Shown: positions 12,190 through 26,900, numbered from the stretch's first letter. The stretch: 64,000 nt of DNA from Phoronis australis (GCA_002633005.1 NMRA01000348.1:173065-237064), one strand, 5' to 3'. The notes: generated by a model from the sequence alone, not told the origin. Translations and numbers: made by a program.

Positions 12190-15175
12190 TAGATAATGAG
12201 ACCATCACAAACACATTCGGGGCAACAATAGTATTTTTAAATTTTTGTTTTGAAAGTTTGTAAAAAGTATATTTGAGTATTTTGTGAAAAGCAAAAGCAA
12301 TTAGATTTTTGAACTTTGAAGTTGTACAGGGAATGTGACTTTTACAACTCAAATCATTTGTGTTATATTGCAATAACGTACAGTGTATACCTCACAATTC
12401 TGCTGGGTGTGTAACATAATTGGGCCAATTATCAAACCACAGTCGACAGTGAGATCGCAGACTAAAGTCAGCATATGGACTGTAGACTCGACCCTGGGAT
12501 AGCACCGTGTAATGCTGGTTGAATGCTACAAAACCATGAAAAGTGTTAAAAACTGAGTCCTTCAGTAATTAGGCTTTGTTTTGTGGACATCGATTTAAGA
12601 CATAAGTCAGAAATGTTATCTCGTGATTTGAGGAAATCGTACACAACTGGAGGCTATCCTGAAGGCCATCAGCCTAGAAAACATGGACAGAGACAACCCC
12701 ACCACCACCTGGACCCGAGTTTTTACAGTTGGCTCTGATGAAAAGGAGGGAGGTGGTATATTCATCAAATACCCAGACGGCAGCTTTCTGCACAAGCCCA
12801 TTGCCACAGGCCTTCACTCCACCAACTAAAGAGCTGAGGCAAATGCCCTGTACCTCGCAGCCCAGACAATCAACCAGCAAACGAGACTCCCGCATCAGAC
12901 AGTCTTCCTCACAGACTGCCGATCTCTCCCGCAGAGCCTCAAGACGAGAGATAGAAAATAGATCCTGCAATACATCAAGCAGGAGATGCACATTCTCAGC
13001 ATCAAAACCCCCTTTGTGCTGCAATGGATTCCCTCCCACTGCGGCATCAGCGGCAACGAGGAAGCAGACAGACTGTTCAAGGCAGGAAGCAAACTGGAGC
13101 TGACGACGCACCCATCTTCATATGGAGAAGTAAAAACCCTTCTACGAAGTCACTTTAGAAATGCCTAGAAGGTGCGCCTACGTCTAGGGACTGAAGAAGA
13201 CTACAGTATATCCACCAGCTTGACCGGTAAGAACAAGTCACTATTTTCATTTTAAGAACTGGCCAGTGCCAGATGCTCTCGTATATGCATCGCCTGAAAA
13301 TCTCTCACACAGACCAGTGCCTCTGTGGCACTTCCCCCAGACACCTGAGCATTTACTGCAGAGTTGCCTACTTTCGATACCCTAAGGCGCCAGACATGGC
13401 CCAGTGCGGTGGAACTCAAGGTAAAACTGTGGGAACCGACGGCATCATTGCGGCGAACTACAGACTTCGCCCAGAAGACGAGACTGACTATCTAAGCTAC
13501 ATGGCCGGGAACGCCAAAGAATAAGAAGAAGAAGATCTTACGTTCCACAAAACTTTTTCTCTTGAGCGAAAGGGCAAACTCTTAGAGGATATCACTGTTA
13601 GTTAGTGATATAATTCCTATAAATTATTTCTAGAATGCGAGGCGTTCTCTTGGCAGATGTGAAGTGGGATCGTAAGACCAAATTTTTGTCTGAAGTTTCG
13701 AGTCATTTTCATGAAACAGATCTTAGGAGCCTGTATTAACTTTACACAAGGCTCTCGTGAGGAGTCCCTGGTACTCACGGTATCGGCGGGTAAGCTGCGC
13801 TTGTGGGGACAATTCGAATAGGCCTATTTCGAATTGTCTGAGCTTAAAGGATTTTCGGGATTGCGAAATCATCTGCTCATGTCTGTCCAGTTCCCAAGTA
13901 AAACAGTTTCTCTTGGAAACATACATCGTGTTCGCGCAAACATCGCACTGGTTTCAGTATTAAACTTTGGGGGAGTCAAATAATATGGAAGCCATCGTTC
14001 GACACGTGCATGGAGGGATTTCCATTTCAGCACTCTCTCCCCCTCGAGTACAACTCCAGTGTAATTATATCTTGATTATTCATGTTGGAAAAGAAGAAAT
14101 AAAATGGGATTGGTTTAATTCATGAACCTGTCAAGTAACCTGTCAATTTCAATCGGAAAAAAGAGCCTATTTTAATCAATGAATATTTTTTAATATACCC
14201 AAAAACCCAAACAATTGTGCATTGTCAAAAGTGTGAGCGATAAGATGCTCTTCTTTAACCATTACTAGCGTTGGGTTCTTTTACTGCCGTGGATAGTCAG
14301 CACCGACTCGCCAATGAAAACAAGTGTGATCACCTTGTGCGCTTGTAATACATGGTGATATCTGGGGCAGAAGTGTGTGATCTCGCTTTCCTCCAACGAT
14401 GGCAACTCATAATGGACGACACCCATAAGATTAAACTCCATACTTTAAGTAAGAATCCATGAGTTAATTGAAGAGCCACGACACCATGACATTGACACCT
14501 GCAAGTTATGTGGTATCCCGGCGCCTTTAAGGGGGTTATTGATGCCTTCCTCAAAACGGGCCGTTTTAATAATTAGATGTGATATTTAATAATAAATGGG
14601 ATAAAATTGAACGTTTTCACATGAGTTTCAGTTTGTGCCGCTGGTACATGTACCTGCGAAAGTACTCTACGGAACGCAGCTCAGGATTTTGCTTTGACGT
14701 ACACAGAGGACTCCAGACGCCAGGTGGCAGAGAAATCGGGCGCGTGTCAGACACAGACAAAGATTACATTAGGAACATTCATACACGAGACACCTGAGTG
14801 AGGTCAAGAGTCCTCGGCCGAAGTGGGAAAATTGGAAACAGTTATCGTGGCATAGTCTTATTCACACCATGTGTCAAGAAGGCACAGGTTAAAGGTAAGT
14901 CATTTACATAGTTAAAGTAGGTTTTGTTTTGGTTAAACTACTTAGTTAAAGTTCCTTGTAGCTTGTTGGTTTCGGTTAGGCTGATATTTCGCGACTCTGT
15001 TAGTCGCTTCCCGGTTCGATAAGCTCGTGCTGGGGCAAACTTTTCAGTGCTCGACGTTCGTTCCCCGCGTTGTCTTGAGCACAAGTTAACATGGATTGCT
15101 ACGGCGGCCTGTACGTGTCCGTGACATTTTTTATAAACTGGTGCTTTTCACCCCGGTACCGTAAAGCACCAAAAG
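12190..15175 (+). repeat. Tandem duplicate unit copy 2 (of 8707-11571)
   Basis: Colinear near-identity to copy 1; lacks the DIRS fragment at its end. Confidence 0.92.
12640..13534 (+). mobile_element. 5'-truncated RNase H-containing LINE, copy 2
   Basis: TWTRVFTVGSDEKEGGGIFIKYPDG..LQWIPSHCGISGNEEADRLFKAGS; GAA-repeat tail. Confidence 0.85.
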
Positions 15176-15329
15176 TGTTTTAAAATTGTTATGATACAGG
15201 CCACTCTAAATAGCGTGCCAGTGGGCTAAACTTTGAAGCCTGCGTATGATGCTTATGCCGTTTCCACGATGTTGGTTGCTCTGTCCCGCTTTTTGAAGGT
15301 TTGTGCTCCCGCCACCCCATACCCTTACT

Positions 15330-15886
15330 TTAGTTTTCATCGAACAACCTTAAGTTTTTGATCTCGAAGACTTCTCAGTTTTTGGCAAAAATTAAGTATT
15401 TTGTAACACGTTTTTGGAACAATTTTTTTTTGGAACGAAGTTAAATTTTCATACCTTAAATTTTTCAAAACTCAAGTTTTTTTAAAACGTTATGTTCTAA
15501 TAACTTAATGTGTGAAAATTTAAGTTAGAAAAACTGAATTTTGTTTCAAAAACTTGTTCCAAAATACTTATATATTTTCAGAAATTTTAATTTCCAGAAC
15601 TTGAGTTTTTCAAAAACTTAAGTTATGAAAAGTTAACTGGGTACTCCCAGATTAACTATAATTTTCCTCATGACATTGAATGTTTTGATTCAAAAAAAAA
15701 ATCAGTTGAACTTCCATCGAATCCGAAATTTTAAGTTTGAATATTGCAAATTTCCGCGACATACTAGTATTCCACAGCCCGGTAAAAACACGAAAACATG
15801 TACTCATTTCCTCAGTCAGATCAGGCAGATGATTTGTGTTGAATTATTTGGTTCAATTAGATCCGAGTTACGCAATTTTTACAGTG
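15330..15886. mobile_element. Non-autonomous DNA-transposon relic with AACTTAAGTT-type motifs, ending in tttttacagtg (CACTG-type terminus)
   Basis: 15340-15430 resembles 39120-39200; 15640-15886 resembles 33725-33977; the end reads CACTGTAAAAA on the minus strand. Confidence 0.45.
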
Positions 15887-17050
15887 CTTTACAATAGTTT
15901 TCACTATTAAACTTCATGTAAATTCTTAAAATAAGTTGACTGGTGAGAGTTTACTCGGGTACAGTGTGACCTATTCCGGGACAAGACCATCTAGAGTACT
16001 TGTAGCGGGATGCCCTTTCGTATTTAAGATCCCGAATTTCACCACCCTACCTCAAAATTCCCTCAAACAACGACTTCTTAGCGGGTGAACTTGGGCACGT
16101 ACATCCTTTTTAAAAATGAAAAGGCGGTGTACTCCGTCTATATGTCTGTATCCGTACCACTACACCACTGGCTGTCAGGGGTTGTACTGAAAAGTTCTTG
16201 GACAAGATTCGGGATTCATCTGTAGGTAGAGAATAGCTTACAGTATAAACATGATTAACGTCACAAATTTTAGTTTCAAATTTTGTGAACGATTATGTGA
16301 GAAAATGACCTTGGCCCGGGTTCTAACATTTTTCATTTTTACTCGAAATGGAATTCGAAATTATGCTTGGCAATTTTTACTCTACCTTTGTGCGAAATCA
16401 AGATAAGTGTCTATTATTTTATGCTCGAGTACATGAAGACTTGATACATGGATAATTTTTACTCCTAGTTTGCAGTTGATAAACCCAACATTTAGGCATA
16501 AATTCGAGTTTGAACTCAAAATTTCGAGCTTTTACTAGAGTTTGTAGCACGAATATAAGGGTCATCAAGTACAAACTGGAACTAGAAACTCATATGCCTA
16601 AACTGTAATGTATTCGAGCGACGTCTAGTAACCACTTATCTTGAGGTCGTCCAAAAGTAACAGAGAATTTGGCAAAAAAAATTCGAGTTCATTTTGAGTA
16701 CAGAGCCCTGGCTATGAAGAACAATCTTAAAGCCTAGGTGCCTGTTTAATTTCTGCTTGCTGTTCAGAGCATCCTGTTTCGAAAGATGGGCGGCCGGCCC
16801 TTTCGTTCTGGTACCCGTTTCACTGCAGACTACCTTCATTTGTTTCTTAGAGTTAAAGATTGTCTGTATTTAATTGACATCCCCAATTTATAATACAGGA
16901 TGCAGTCTGGCAACGTTTCGATTCTTAGCGGTTAACGAAGGTGGGAATTTGTACATGCACATGTACAGGTGTACATGTAGTTGTTTGATAATCAGACGAC
17001 AACTTCTATTATACGTGTACAGTGTGTTGTACAAATCCGCTGTCGTACGT

Positions 17051-17975
17051 TATTTTAATGGATATTTGTATTGCGCATGTCTAACACTCGCATCAACTCT
17101 GACGAAAGGGTGCCTAGGTTTGTCAAAAAATCGTTATAAAATAATGAGCAAATTGTGCCTTTAAACTACCATGCAAAAGATAGTTTAATAAAATATGGGC
17201 CATTTTCTAAATGCTATTGAGTCTTTAATATTGACGTGAAAAGTTTTCCAGTATTTTATTGATCAATGTAAACCTATTTCACGGAAATACCACCGTCGTG
17301 TTATCGTTGAAGTTCCCAGAGAAAACTTTTCACGCATCAGTTGCGTGTTCATATCACCAACTGATACCATTTGCTAGTGGGTGGAAGACCAAGACCTGCT
17401 GTCGAATTGTTTGTATGCATGAACAGCGTGCGTGTGAGCAATATATCTAAAAACCACCAGGATTTGTGTTTGCGCTTAAATACTCTCCGCAGCACCGGAA
17501 TGCCAACCGATATTTTTCCGGCGTATTCCATGCGTGTGTCAGTTTACGTTTGAGCGAAATGGAAGCACAAACTGTAATAGCATTTGTTTTGATATTTACT
17601 GCAGCAGGATTAGTAGGTAAGCTTCGCTGAATTTCATTTTTAAAATTGTGAAACATGGAAAAACATGTAGCACATCTAATTTATTTTTACGTTGTACACT
17701 AACAACGGTAAACATTTATTTCACTCCTTACTGTGCAATCCTTGCAAGGAGGATCTTTTATAAAAACCCGTGCAGGTTAGGAGTTATCGACATAACAAGG
17801 TTTCAAATTTGCGGTTTAGTTTTGAGGGCTAATGCATATTTACTTTTCCGAGTTGAATTATTTGGGGCGATATACTCAAATACTTCGTCTGGTATCCCAG
17901 TACGCTAAGAGACTTGTGTTTGCTCTAAATATCTACAGTGTATTGGCCTAAGTTTCAGCAAACTAAGTTACACGT
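17051..17975 (+). promoter_or_regulatory. Duplicated upstream/promoter + first exon + start of intron 1 block of gene B (paralogue at ~37235-38300)
   Basis: Shared blocks tgtattgcgcatg..aacactcgcatcaa, ggtgcctagg, ttgacgtga (CRE-like), gcaccggaatg(c/t)caaccgatatt, ctaagagacttgtgttt. Promoter function is inferred from position before the ATG exon. Confidence 0.6.
17559..17616 (+). CDS. Gene B first exon: signal peptide MEAQTVIAFVLIFTAAGLV(G)
   Basis: gaaATGG start, hydrophobic core, strong donor G|gtaagc, phase 1; conserved paralogue at 37849. Confidence 0.75.
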
Positions 17976-20900
17976 AATTTACGTGCGTAAGTTAATTCTT
18001 GTTAGAGGTATAAATTATTTGCTGCGTAAAGTATCTACTTGTGGCTTAAAGTAACTTTACACCAAAAACAGTCACTTTACGCCTCTAAAAAGAATTAACT
18101 TACTCATGTAAATCACAGCATTTTTACCAAACTACCATTACTTGGCCTTTTTAATAAAACCTAGCAACAAAGTGGGATACGTTGAGAACACAACAACAAT
18201 ATTAACAACGCAACCAAATTTGTTTCATATAAATGTCCAAGATGAAATCTCAAAAAACCCGTTACAGTTTTCTTAATTACCATTTCTTTTCATTTTAGAC
18301 AGTTTCATTAAAATTATAAGAGTAATTTTTAGTAAACCTTCATTTAAAAACAATTTTTATTCTATATTTGGAGAACAGTGCATACGATTTAGCATTTTAA
18401 ACTTTCATGTGGATCCGATCTTTTATATCTGGGATATCATGTCACGAAGTTAGCCCACTTTTGTCAATTTCTAGGTTCGTACATAACCTTAAAGCTATTT
18501 AGTATCTATCACTTTATTCGTTATTCATGTCGTCATGACTCGTTGTACTAAAATGAACAAATGGATAGCTTGGAGTGAATGTAGCTTTAAAGTGACATTT
18601 ACTTGGAATTATTTTAGATTATGTTTCTAAAAACGTAAGTGGCGACGTTAGTGAAATGTTTAAATGTCGCGAATGTTACTATTGATTTTTAAAACAATTG
18701 GTACTTTACTGGTTTAGGACTTTCCTAGAATTTCGACAATTGACATTTCCATGGGAATTGCTTACTCATCATCTAACTCCGCGATATCAAGGGAACATTA
18801 TCGCCGAGAAGAATGATTTTCTGAGATCAGCCTCGTTACGGAATCGAACCTGGAATCCCCGCAGCCGCAATTTAACGCTTTGCTGGCAAAGGTGATCCCA
18901 CTAAAAAAAAAGGTAAACTGAAGGATTTTACTAAATCTTGTTTAACTGGTTTAGTCATCGTCCGTGAGTTTACCGAATGCCTGTCAGACAACTTGGCGAA
19001 TTATAATAAAACAGAAAAAAACATAACGGATTTTGTTGCTTTATCTTGTAGCTTGATCAACGATAATTACTTTAAGAATAAACCCCATACAAAAATAATC
19101 CAAAAATGCCACTTGCAGCCTAAGAAACGATATAATGTCGCTATATGGTGTAATACTGCCAGAACGTAGTTGGGTGGTTCCCATTTCAAAATGTTGATCA
19201 ACGAAGTCAATGAAAACTATCGCAGAATGAGGCAAAAGAGTCATTAAAAGTGTCTAAGGCATAAAAATCAATATTTTCCTGAAAATATATTACAACACGT
19301 AAACGAGTCATTGTAGTTTCAAGCACACGCGTCATCATTGACTTTTTATTAATAGCTCTTGATCGACGCGCTGTAGCTTCAAGTGACATGAGTGAAAGGT
19401 CCATTGTGCACCCACAAAATGCACTTACGGACGAAGTTTTTTTCCAGTTCAGTGCTTACCGTGGGTTCTCCAGGTGCCGAAAAAATGTGCCCATGCAAAG
19501 GTCACAGTATGTCTTAGGGAAACGGAACGCTTCAATATATTTTTCGTAACAGCTGTTCCCCGCATGGTTCAGGCCTGTGGAAAGGCCCCCGATTCTAAGA
19601 ATGAAGCGACCTGAACGCATGTTTGATCCAATGGTGTCTGTCTTTAATTTCCCCAGATTTTCTGGGAATTACCCGGGAATCGGTAACAGAAGTTCTCGGT
19701 CACGGCATGTATGTTGTGTTTTTTAAACGCACCACATACTAGAGACTCGAATACTAATTTGGTAAGCAAATAACTAAATTTCTCACATGAATTAGAATTT
19801 GCTACGACAGGACTGGTTAATATAGCACCGAGTGCGTAATTTTTGATGATACATGGGCGAATCACAAAGAAGTACAAAGTAGAAATCCATACGCCTTACA
19901 TTTTATCGTCGGCAAAACACCAAACAATGCCAGAATTTCGGGAATATGATAAGGTTATGATTGGCAAATCAGGCACGCTTGAATATGACATCCAAAGCAG
20001 TAGGAGCATCATGAAAGTAGTCCCAGTCCGGACCTATCTTCGGCTGCAAATTCTATATGATTCACGTTAATTCAAAGAAAACACGCTGTGTGACCGACTA
20101 GCTCTGCTGTCTGAAGGTCAATTCAGTGCTCAAGCGTGGGGAAGCCATTGTGCTATTTAGAAACATTTGTTATGATTGAATGTTGCTACTTCAAAGCGTA
20201 TTTATTAGATTCTAATTTAACGTTTGTTACGAACGCTAAATGCAATTTACAATTGTCAAATTTAAAAGAAAATTATTAATAAGTAACTGAGTTTACATTG
20301 CGCAAACGTGTTTTTAAAAAAAGTTGCGTCATATGGTTGAAAGTTTTTGACACGTCAATTTTTTCGACAAAAAGATTGCTTTTAAGGCTCATGTGAGAAA
20401 AAGTGGTCAAAACAAATCCTACGCTCGTCTCAGGTTCAAAATCACATGGAATTTCCAAGAGGTTTTGGCCATGTCATAAACCTGAGACAAGTGCAGTATT
20501 CTTCATTTATCCTTCAATTATTGTGATTTTTAGACATGTGACTATTTAATAACCGTGAAATACTGGTTTGGCGTTAAATTTGAAACTGGACTTGCAACTG
20601 ATTTGAATTTGGGTCTTAGAATTTGCAAGCGCACACGTATATAAGCCACGGCACGCGCAATACACCAGAGTTAAAAATGTATGTAACAAGCTGTTCGCCA
20701 GGATACCCAATGTCTGAGATGTATTACTTGAGTGTAATATTACTGGACGTAAAAAGAGAACATTCAAACATTTATTTATCGATATTCTCGAAACAATCAA
20801 ACTTCAGAAACAGTATGCATTGAAGCTTAATGGATAACAATTCTGATCAATAATAAACCACTGTCTAATGCATAATTATGGGAAAAATACAAGCCATTTT

Positions 20901-23900
20901 GAACGAGCAGACGATAAATATTCCTATATTTTTGTTGTTATAAGTGTTGACCTGTTGACCTATGACGTCATCCAAGTAGTTTCAAAAAATCAACATGAAG
21001 GAACTGAAGGTATCTACCAGACGGAAAGTGTTATTTTTATCAGAGAAAAGTGAGGAATAAATAGTTTATTGAATGGTTGCGGGGTTATTTAACGCCCTGG
21101 ATGACTTTTTGTTTTCTAAAAGCCACCTCATAATGCCAGAGCCATTAAATAACCCATGTGTGTGCGGTGAGCCTAAGCACTTTTGATCACGAATTCTCTC
21201 ATTCAGACGGCTGTTCTCGAAAGCACATAACAAGGTGCGACGGGGAAACGTTTTTTCTGGATTGCACGCAAGACTCGGGGGAGAGCAGTAAGCCGCACCT
21301 GCAATACATCTCGGCCGACAATGCCACGTTCTATGGTAGAGAGCAACCGACGACATCTCTATTTGGTACAGTAATTACCTGTAACACTGGTGACGTCAGA
21401 GACACCAATTGCAAATTAGCTTCGGCGTACGACAGTGTTGTGGCTGCGTGTAACGGGAAAAAGCGATGCAGCTTCCAAGTTGGAACCACATTCTTTGGTG
21501 CCGATCCATGTCCCGGAATAACAAAATACTTGAAAGTGTATTATTATTGCGCAGGTAAGTAATACTTTAATGCACAACGATACTTTCAGATGTCAGATGC
21601 ACACATCGAACCCCATCCTCAAATAGGAAATATTTTCCGTGTCATTGCGAAAAGTCAATCAGGTAAAATCTAGTCTGCTCATCAGTAAAATGTAAACATT
21701 CAGGAGAAGTTACTGAAAGTGTTGATTTTGACTTATCAAAATTGGGTAATTTAAAACCTACAGTCTGTTGGAAGGCAGCTCAAGCTGTCAAGTACTATAC
21801 TTAGGGGGCACAAAACAGTTCTCACAGGGGACTCGTCACCCTTTCTTCACTCTGTCAAAAACTGCATTCAAAGAAGGATAAGTTTTGAGTCATTTCATAC
21901 CACATGCCCTACACATGAGCACAAAAACTTTATTCTCTCTTGTAGTTTTGACCGTTACCCTCCTACTAAAAAGAAAGCTAGACTAACAAAAACGGGGCAA
22001 AAAACGCCCACGCCCCAAAACCACCGCTTCCCTGCCGATGCTCGATTAGCCAACATAAGTACTGAAAGCAAATTTCCTACCAATTCCAAAAATGCGGAAA
22101 GTTAGACTAACAAAAAAGGGGAAAAAAGGCCCACGCCCCAAAACAACAACTTCGTTGCCGATGCTAGACTAAAGCCAATAGTATATTTGGAAAACAAATT
22201 TTCTATCGATTCCAAAATTGTGGCCCAAAAGTACTGTCAACCAACTATTTTTTGGCAAATCTGGCTTCTTTGAGGGCTACCTCAAATCGCAACCAATTTC
22301 TCAGTCGCCTACCCAGCAATGCACAATTGCAACAAGGGGCCGCCATCTCGAAGAAGAGTGCAACTGCAGCCAAGCAAGTGGTTTTTCTTCATTTTCAACA
22401 TGTTCACACATACACACGAACCACATTAACCTAGCCTACATGCAATGCCTATAATGTCCCCAGGCCTACCCCTAGATTTTACAATTTTTTATATTTTATT
22501 GATATATTTTTGCAATTGATGTTCAAGTGTCCAAGCGTCTTCCACCCATTCCATCATTGGACTGTAAACTTGGAAATAACTAATTTGTCTTCAGAATTAA
22601 AAAACCGCGACTATTTTGCATAAGAAGTGCTTATTTAGTTAAGATTTTATAGGTATTCATTTCATTTTAGCTAATTAAAGCCTCAAATTCTAAGAAAATG
22701 CATGGCGGGAACTCTTTTAAGTCAATGCAGAACCTTATCGACTAGTCAATGTATTTAGCCAAATATCTGCAAAACCAAAGGTGGTAAATCAAAAGAAAAA
22801 GTATATATTTTCTGAAGGTAGAAAGTCTGTAGTGCTTGACATTTGACTTTTATATCAGTCGAGCATGCGTTATTGATAAAACCTAGCAAAAGAAAGACGT
22901 ATTCACTGCAAAACAACGGTATCAATTATATGACCGACTTTCATTTGATATAAATGTTCATCATGCAATATCAGAAAATGGTGTTGCAGTTTTCTAAATT
23001 TTCGTTTCATGTTACAATTTTTTTTCATAAAAATCTTAAAAGCCTTGTTTTTGATAGCACTTCAGGCAAACGTGCAATACTCAAAGAGCAATTCCTTGTT
23101 TTTAGAAAACAGTGCATAAACTGTGGTATCTAAAAGTTTCATACGAATAAGATAAGCCATTTGAGATATGATGTTCTCAAGTTTTCCAAACTTGGACATT
23201 TTTCTAGTTTCCTTCATAACCTTAACTACGGCTGTATGCTAGCTAATACATGTTTGTAGGCACCTGCAAAGATCCTGGTACTCATGAGTCCACTACACGA
23301 ACGGGATTGATTGGGCACGGGCAGAGTCTCACCTATAGCTGCAAACCGGGCTATCAAATGAAACGCGGAAACGAGGTTATCAAGTGCACGTGCGAAAGAA
23401 ATACCGACACTTGTAACTGGGACAAAACCAGCCTGGAGTGTGAAGGTAATGTGTACTTCGTAAGCCAACACTAGCGTGTGATTATCTTACCCATATGCGT
23501 TCACAGTTATTTCCACATGTAACTGCAGGCTGTACACTTGAAAGGAAATAGTAAGGAATTAACTTTGAGATCTTATGTTCGACCATCCAAATTAATGTCT
23601 AGTGTCCTATTCTACTTTTGATAACCGGCCTTCATTTTTTTTCTGCTTTCTAAAATTCTCTCTTTGCCGAACCGCTTTGAGCGGATTCCCGAAATGTAGA
23701 TGNATTCTAACTTAACGTTTGTTGCGAAAGCTAAATGCAATTTACAATTGTCGAATTTAATATAAAATTATTAACAATATGTAACTGAATTTACTTTACA
23801 TTGCGCAAACGTGTTTTTAAAAAAAAATTGCATAATGTGGTTGCAAGTTTTTGACATGTCGAATTTTTCGACAAAAAGATTGTTTTTACGGTTCATGTGA

Positions 23901-26900
23901 GAAAAAGTGGTCAAAACAAATCATACGCTCGTCTCAGGTTTAAAACCACATGGAATTTCTAAGAGGTTTTGGCCATGTCATAAACCTGAGACAAATGCAG
24001 GATTCTGTATTTATCCTTCAATTATTGTGATTTTAGACATGTGACTATTTAATAACCGTGAAATACTGGTTTGGCGTGAAATTTGAAACTGGGCTTGCAA
24101 CTGATTTGAATTTGGGTCTTAGCATTTGCAAGCGCACACGTATATAAGCCACGGCACGCGCAATACACCAGAGTTGAAAATGTATGTAAACAAGTTGTTC
24201 GCCAGGATCCCCAATGTCTGAGATGTATTACTTGAATCTAATATTACTGGACGTAAAAGAGAACATTCAAACATTTATTTATCGATATACGCGAAACAAT
24301 CAAACTTCAGAAACAGTATGCATTGAAGCTTAATGAATAACAATTCGGATCAATAATAAACCACTGTCTAATGCATAATTATGCGAAAAATACAAGCCAT
24401 TTTGAACTAGCAGACGATAAATATTCCTATATTTTTGTTGTTGTAAGTGTTGACCTGTTGACCTTTGACGTCATCCAAGTAGTTTCAAAAAATCAACATG
24501 AAAGAACTGAAGGTCTCTACCAGACGGAAAATGTTATTTTTATCAGAGAAAACTGAGGAATACATAGTTTATTGACTGCTTGCGGGGTTATTTAACGCCC
24601 TGGATGACTTTTTGTTTTCTAAAAGCCACCTCATATTGCCAGAACCATTACATGTAAATAACCCATGTGTGTGCGGTGAGCCTAAGCCCTTTTGATTACG
24701 AATTCTCTCATTCAGACGGCTGTTCTCGAAAGCACATAACAAAGTGCGACGGGGAAACGATTTTTCTGGATTGCACGCAAGACACGGAGGAGAACAGTAT
24801 ACCGCACCTGCAATACATCTCGGCCGACAATGGCACGTTTTATGGTAGAGGGCAACCGACAACATCCCGCCATGGTACAGTAATTACCTGTAACACTGGT
24901 GACGTCAGAGACACCAATTGCAAATTAGCTTCGGCGTACGACAGCGTTGTGGCTGCGTGTAACGGGAAAAAGCGATGCTTCTTCCAAGTTGGAACCGCAT
25001 TCTTCGGTGCCGATCCATGTCCCGGAATAACAAAATACTTGAAAGTGTATTATTATTGCGCAGGTAAGGAATACTTTAATGCACAACGATACTTTCAGAA
25101 GTCAGATGCACACATCGAATCCCATCCTCAAATAGGAAATATTTTCTGTGTCATTGCGAAAAGTCAATCAGGTAAAATCTAGTCTGCTCATCAGTAAAAT
25201 GTAAACATTCGGGGGAAGTTATTGAAAGTGTTGATTTCGACTTATCAAAAGTAGGTACACAGTCTGTTGGAAGGCAGCTCAAGCTGTCAAGTAATATACT
25301 TAGGGGTCACAGAACGGTTCTCACAGGGACTCGTCACCCTTTCTTCACTCTGTCAAAAACTGCATCCAAAGAACGATAAGTTTTGAGTCATTTCACACCA
25401 CATGCCCTACACATGAGCACAAAACTTTATTCTCTGTTGTAGTTTTGACCTTTTCCCTCCTACTGAAAAGAAAGCCAGACTAACGGAAAAGGGACAAAAA
25501 ACACCCACGCCCAAAAACCACCACTTCCCTGCCAATGCTCGATTAGCCAACAAGATTCTGAAAGCAAATTATCTACCAACTCCAAAAATGTGGAAAGTTA
25601 GACTAACAAAAAAGGGAAAAAACGCCCACGCCCCAAAACAAAAACTTCGTTGCCGATGGTGGACTAAAGCCAATAGTATATTTGGAAAACAAATTTTCTA
25701 TCGATTCCAAAATTGTGGCCCAACAGTACTGTCAACCAAGTATTTTGTGGCAAATCTGGCTTCTTTGAGGGCTACCTGAAATCGCAACCAATTTCTCAGT
25801 CGCCTACCCAGCAATGCACAATTGCAACAAGGGGCCGCCATCTCGAAGAAGAGTGCAACTGCAGCCAAGCAAGTGGTTTTTCTTCATTTTCAACATGTTC
25901 AAACATACACTCGAACCACATTAACCTAGCCTACATGCAATGCCTAACTAAAATGCCCCCAGGCCTACCCCTATATTTTAATATTTTTTATATTTTATTT
26001 TATTGATATATTTTTGCAATTGATGTTCAAGTGTCCAAGCGTCTTCCACCCATTACATCACTGGACTGTAAACTTGGAAATAACTAATTTTGTCTTCAGA
26101 ATTAAAAAAAAACGCGACTATTTTGCATAAGAAGGGCTTATTTAGTTAAGATTTTATGGTATTCATTTCATTTTAGCTAATTAAAGCCTCAAATTCTTAG
26201 AAAATGCATGGCTGGAACTCTTTTAAGTCAATGCAGAACCTTATCGACTAGTCTATGTATTTAGCCGAATATCTGCAAAACCATAGGTGGTAAATCAAAA
26301 GAAAAAGTACATGTATATATTTTCTGAAGGTAGAATGTCTGTAGTGCTTGACATTTGACTTTTATATCAGTCGAGCATGCATTATTGATAAAACCTAGCA
26401 AAAGAAAGACACATTCATTGCAAAACAACAGTATCAATTATATGACCGAATTTCATTTGATATAAATGTTCATCATGCAATATCAGAAAATGGTGTTGCA
26501 GTTTTCTAAATTTTCGTTTCATGTAACATTTTTTTTCATAAAAATCTTAAAAGCCTTGTTTTTGATAGCACTTCAGGCAAACGTGCAATACTCAAAGAGC
26601 AATTCCTTGTTTTTAGAAAACAGTGCATAAACTGTGGTATCTAAAAGTTTCATACGAATAAGATAAGCCATTTGAGATATGATGTTCTCAAGTTTTCCAA
26701 ACTTGGACATTTTTCTAGTTTCCTTCATAACCTTAACTACGGCTGTATGCTAGCTAATACATGTTTGTAGGCACCTGCAAAGATCCTGGTACTCATGAGT
26801 CCACTACACGAACGGGATTGATTGGGCACGGGCAGAGTCTCACCTATAGCTGCAAACCGGGCTATCAAATGAAACGCGGAAACGAGGTTATCAAGTGCAC

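Larger units (their letters stand above)
20209..23702 (+). repeat. Tandem duplicate unit copy 1 (copy 2 at 23704-27213), carrying the SUEL and CCP exons
   Basis: Both copies start attctaa(t/c)ttaacgtttgtt and end ccgaaatgtagatg; the junction is the N at 23703. Confidence 0.92.

Noticed and set aside
18825-18885. tRNA-like B-box (ggttcgattcc on the minus strand)
   Set aside because: No cloverleaf or clear A-box; at most a decayed SINE head.
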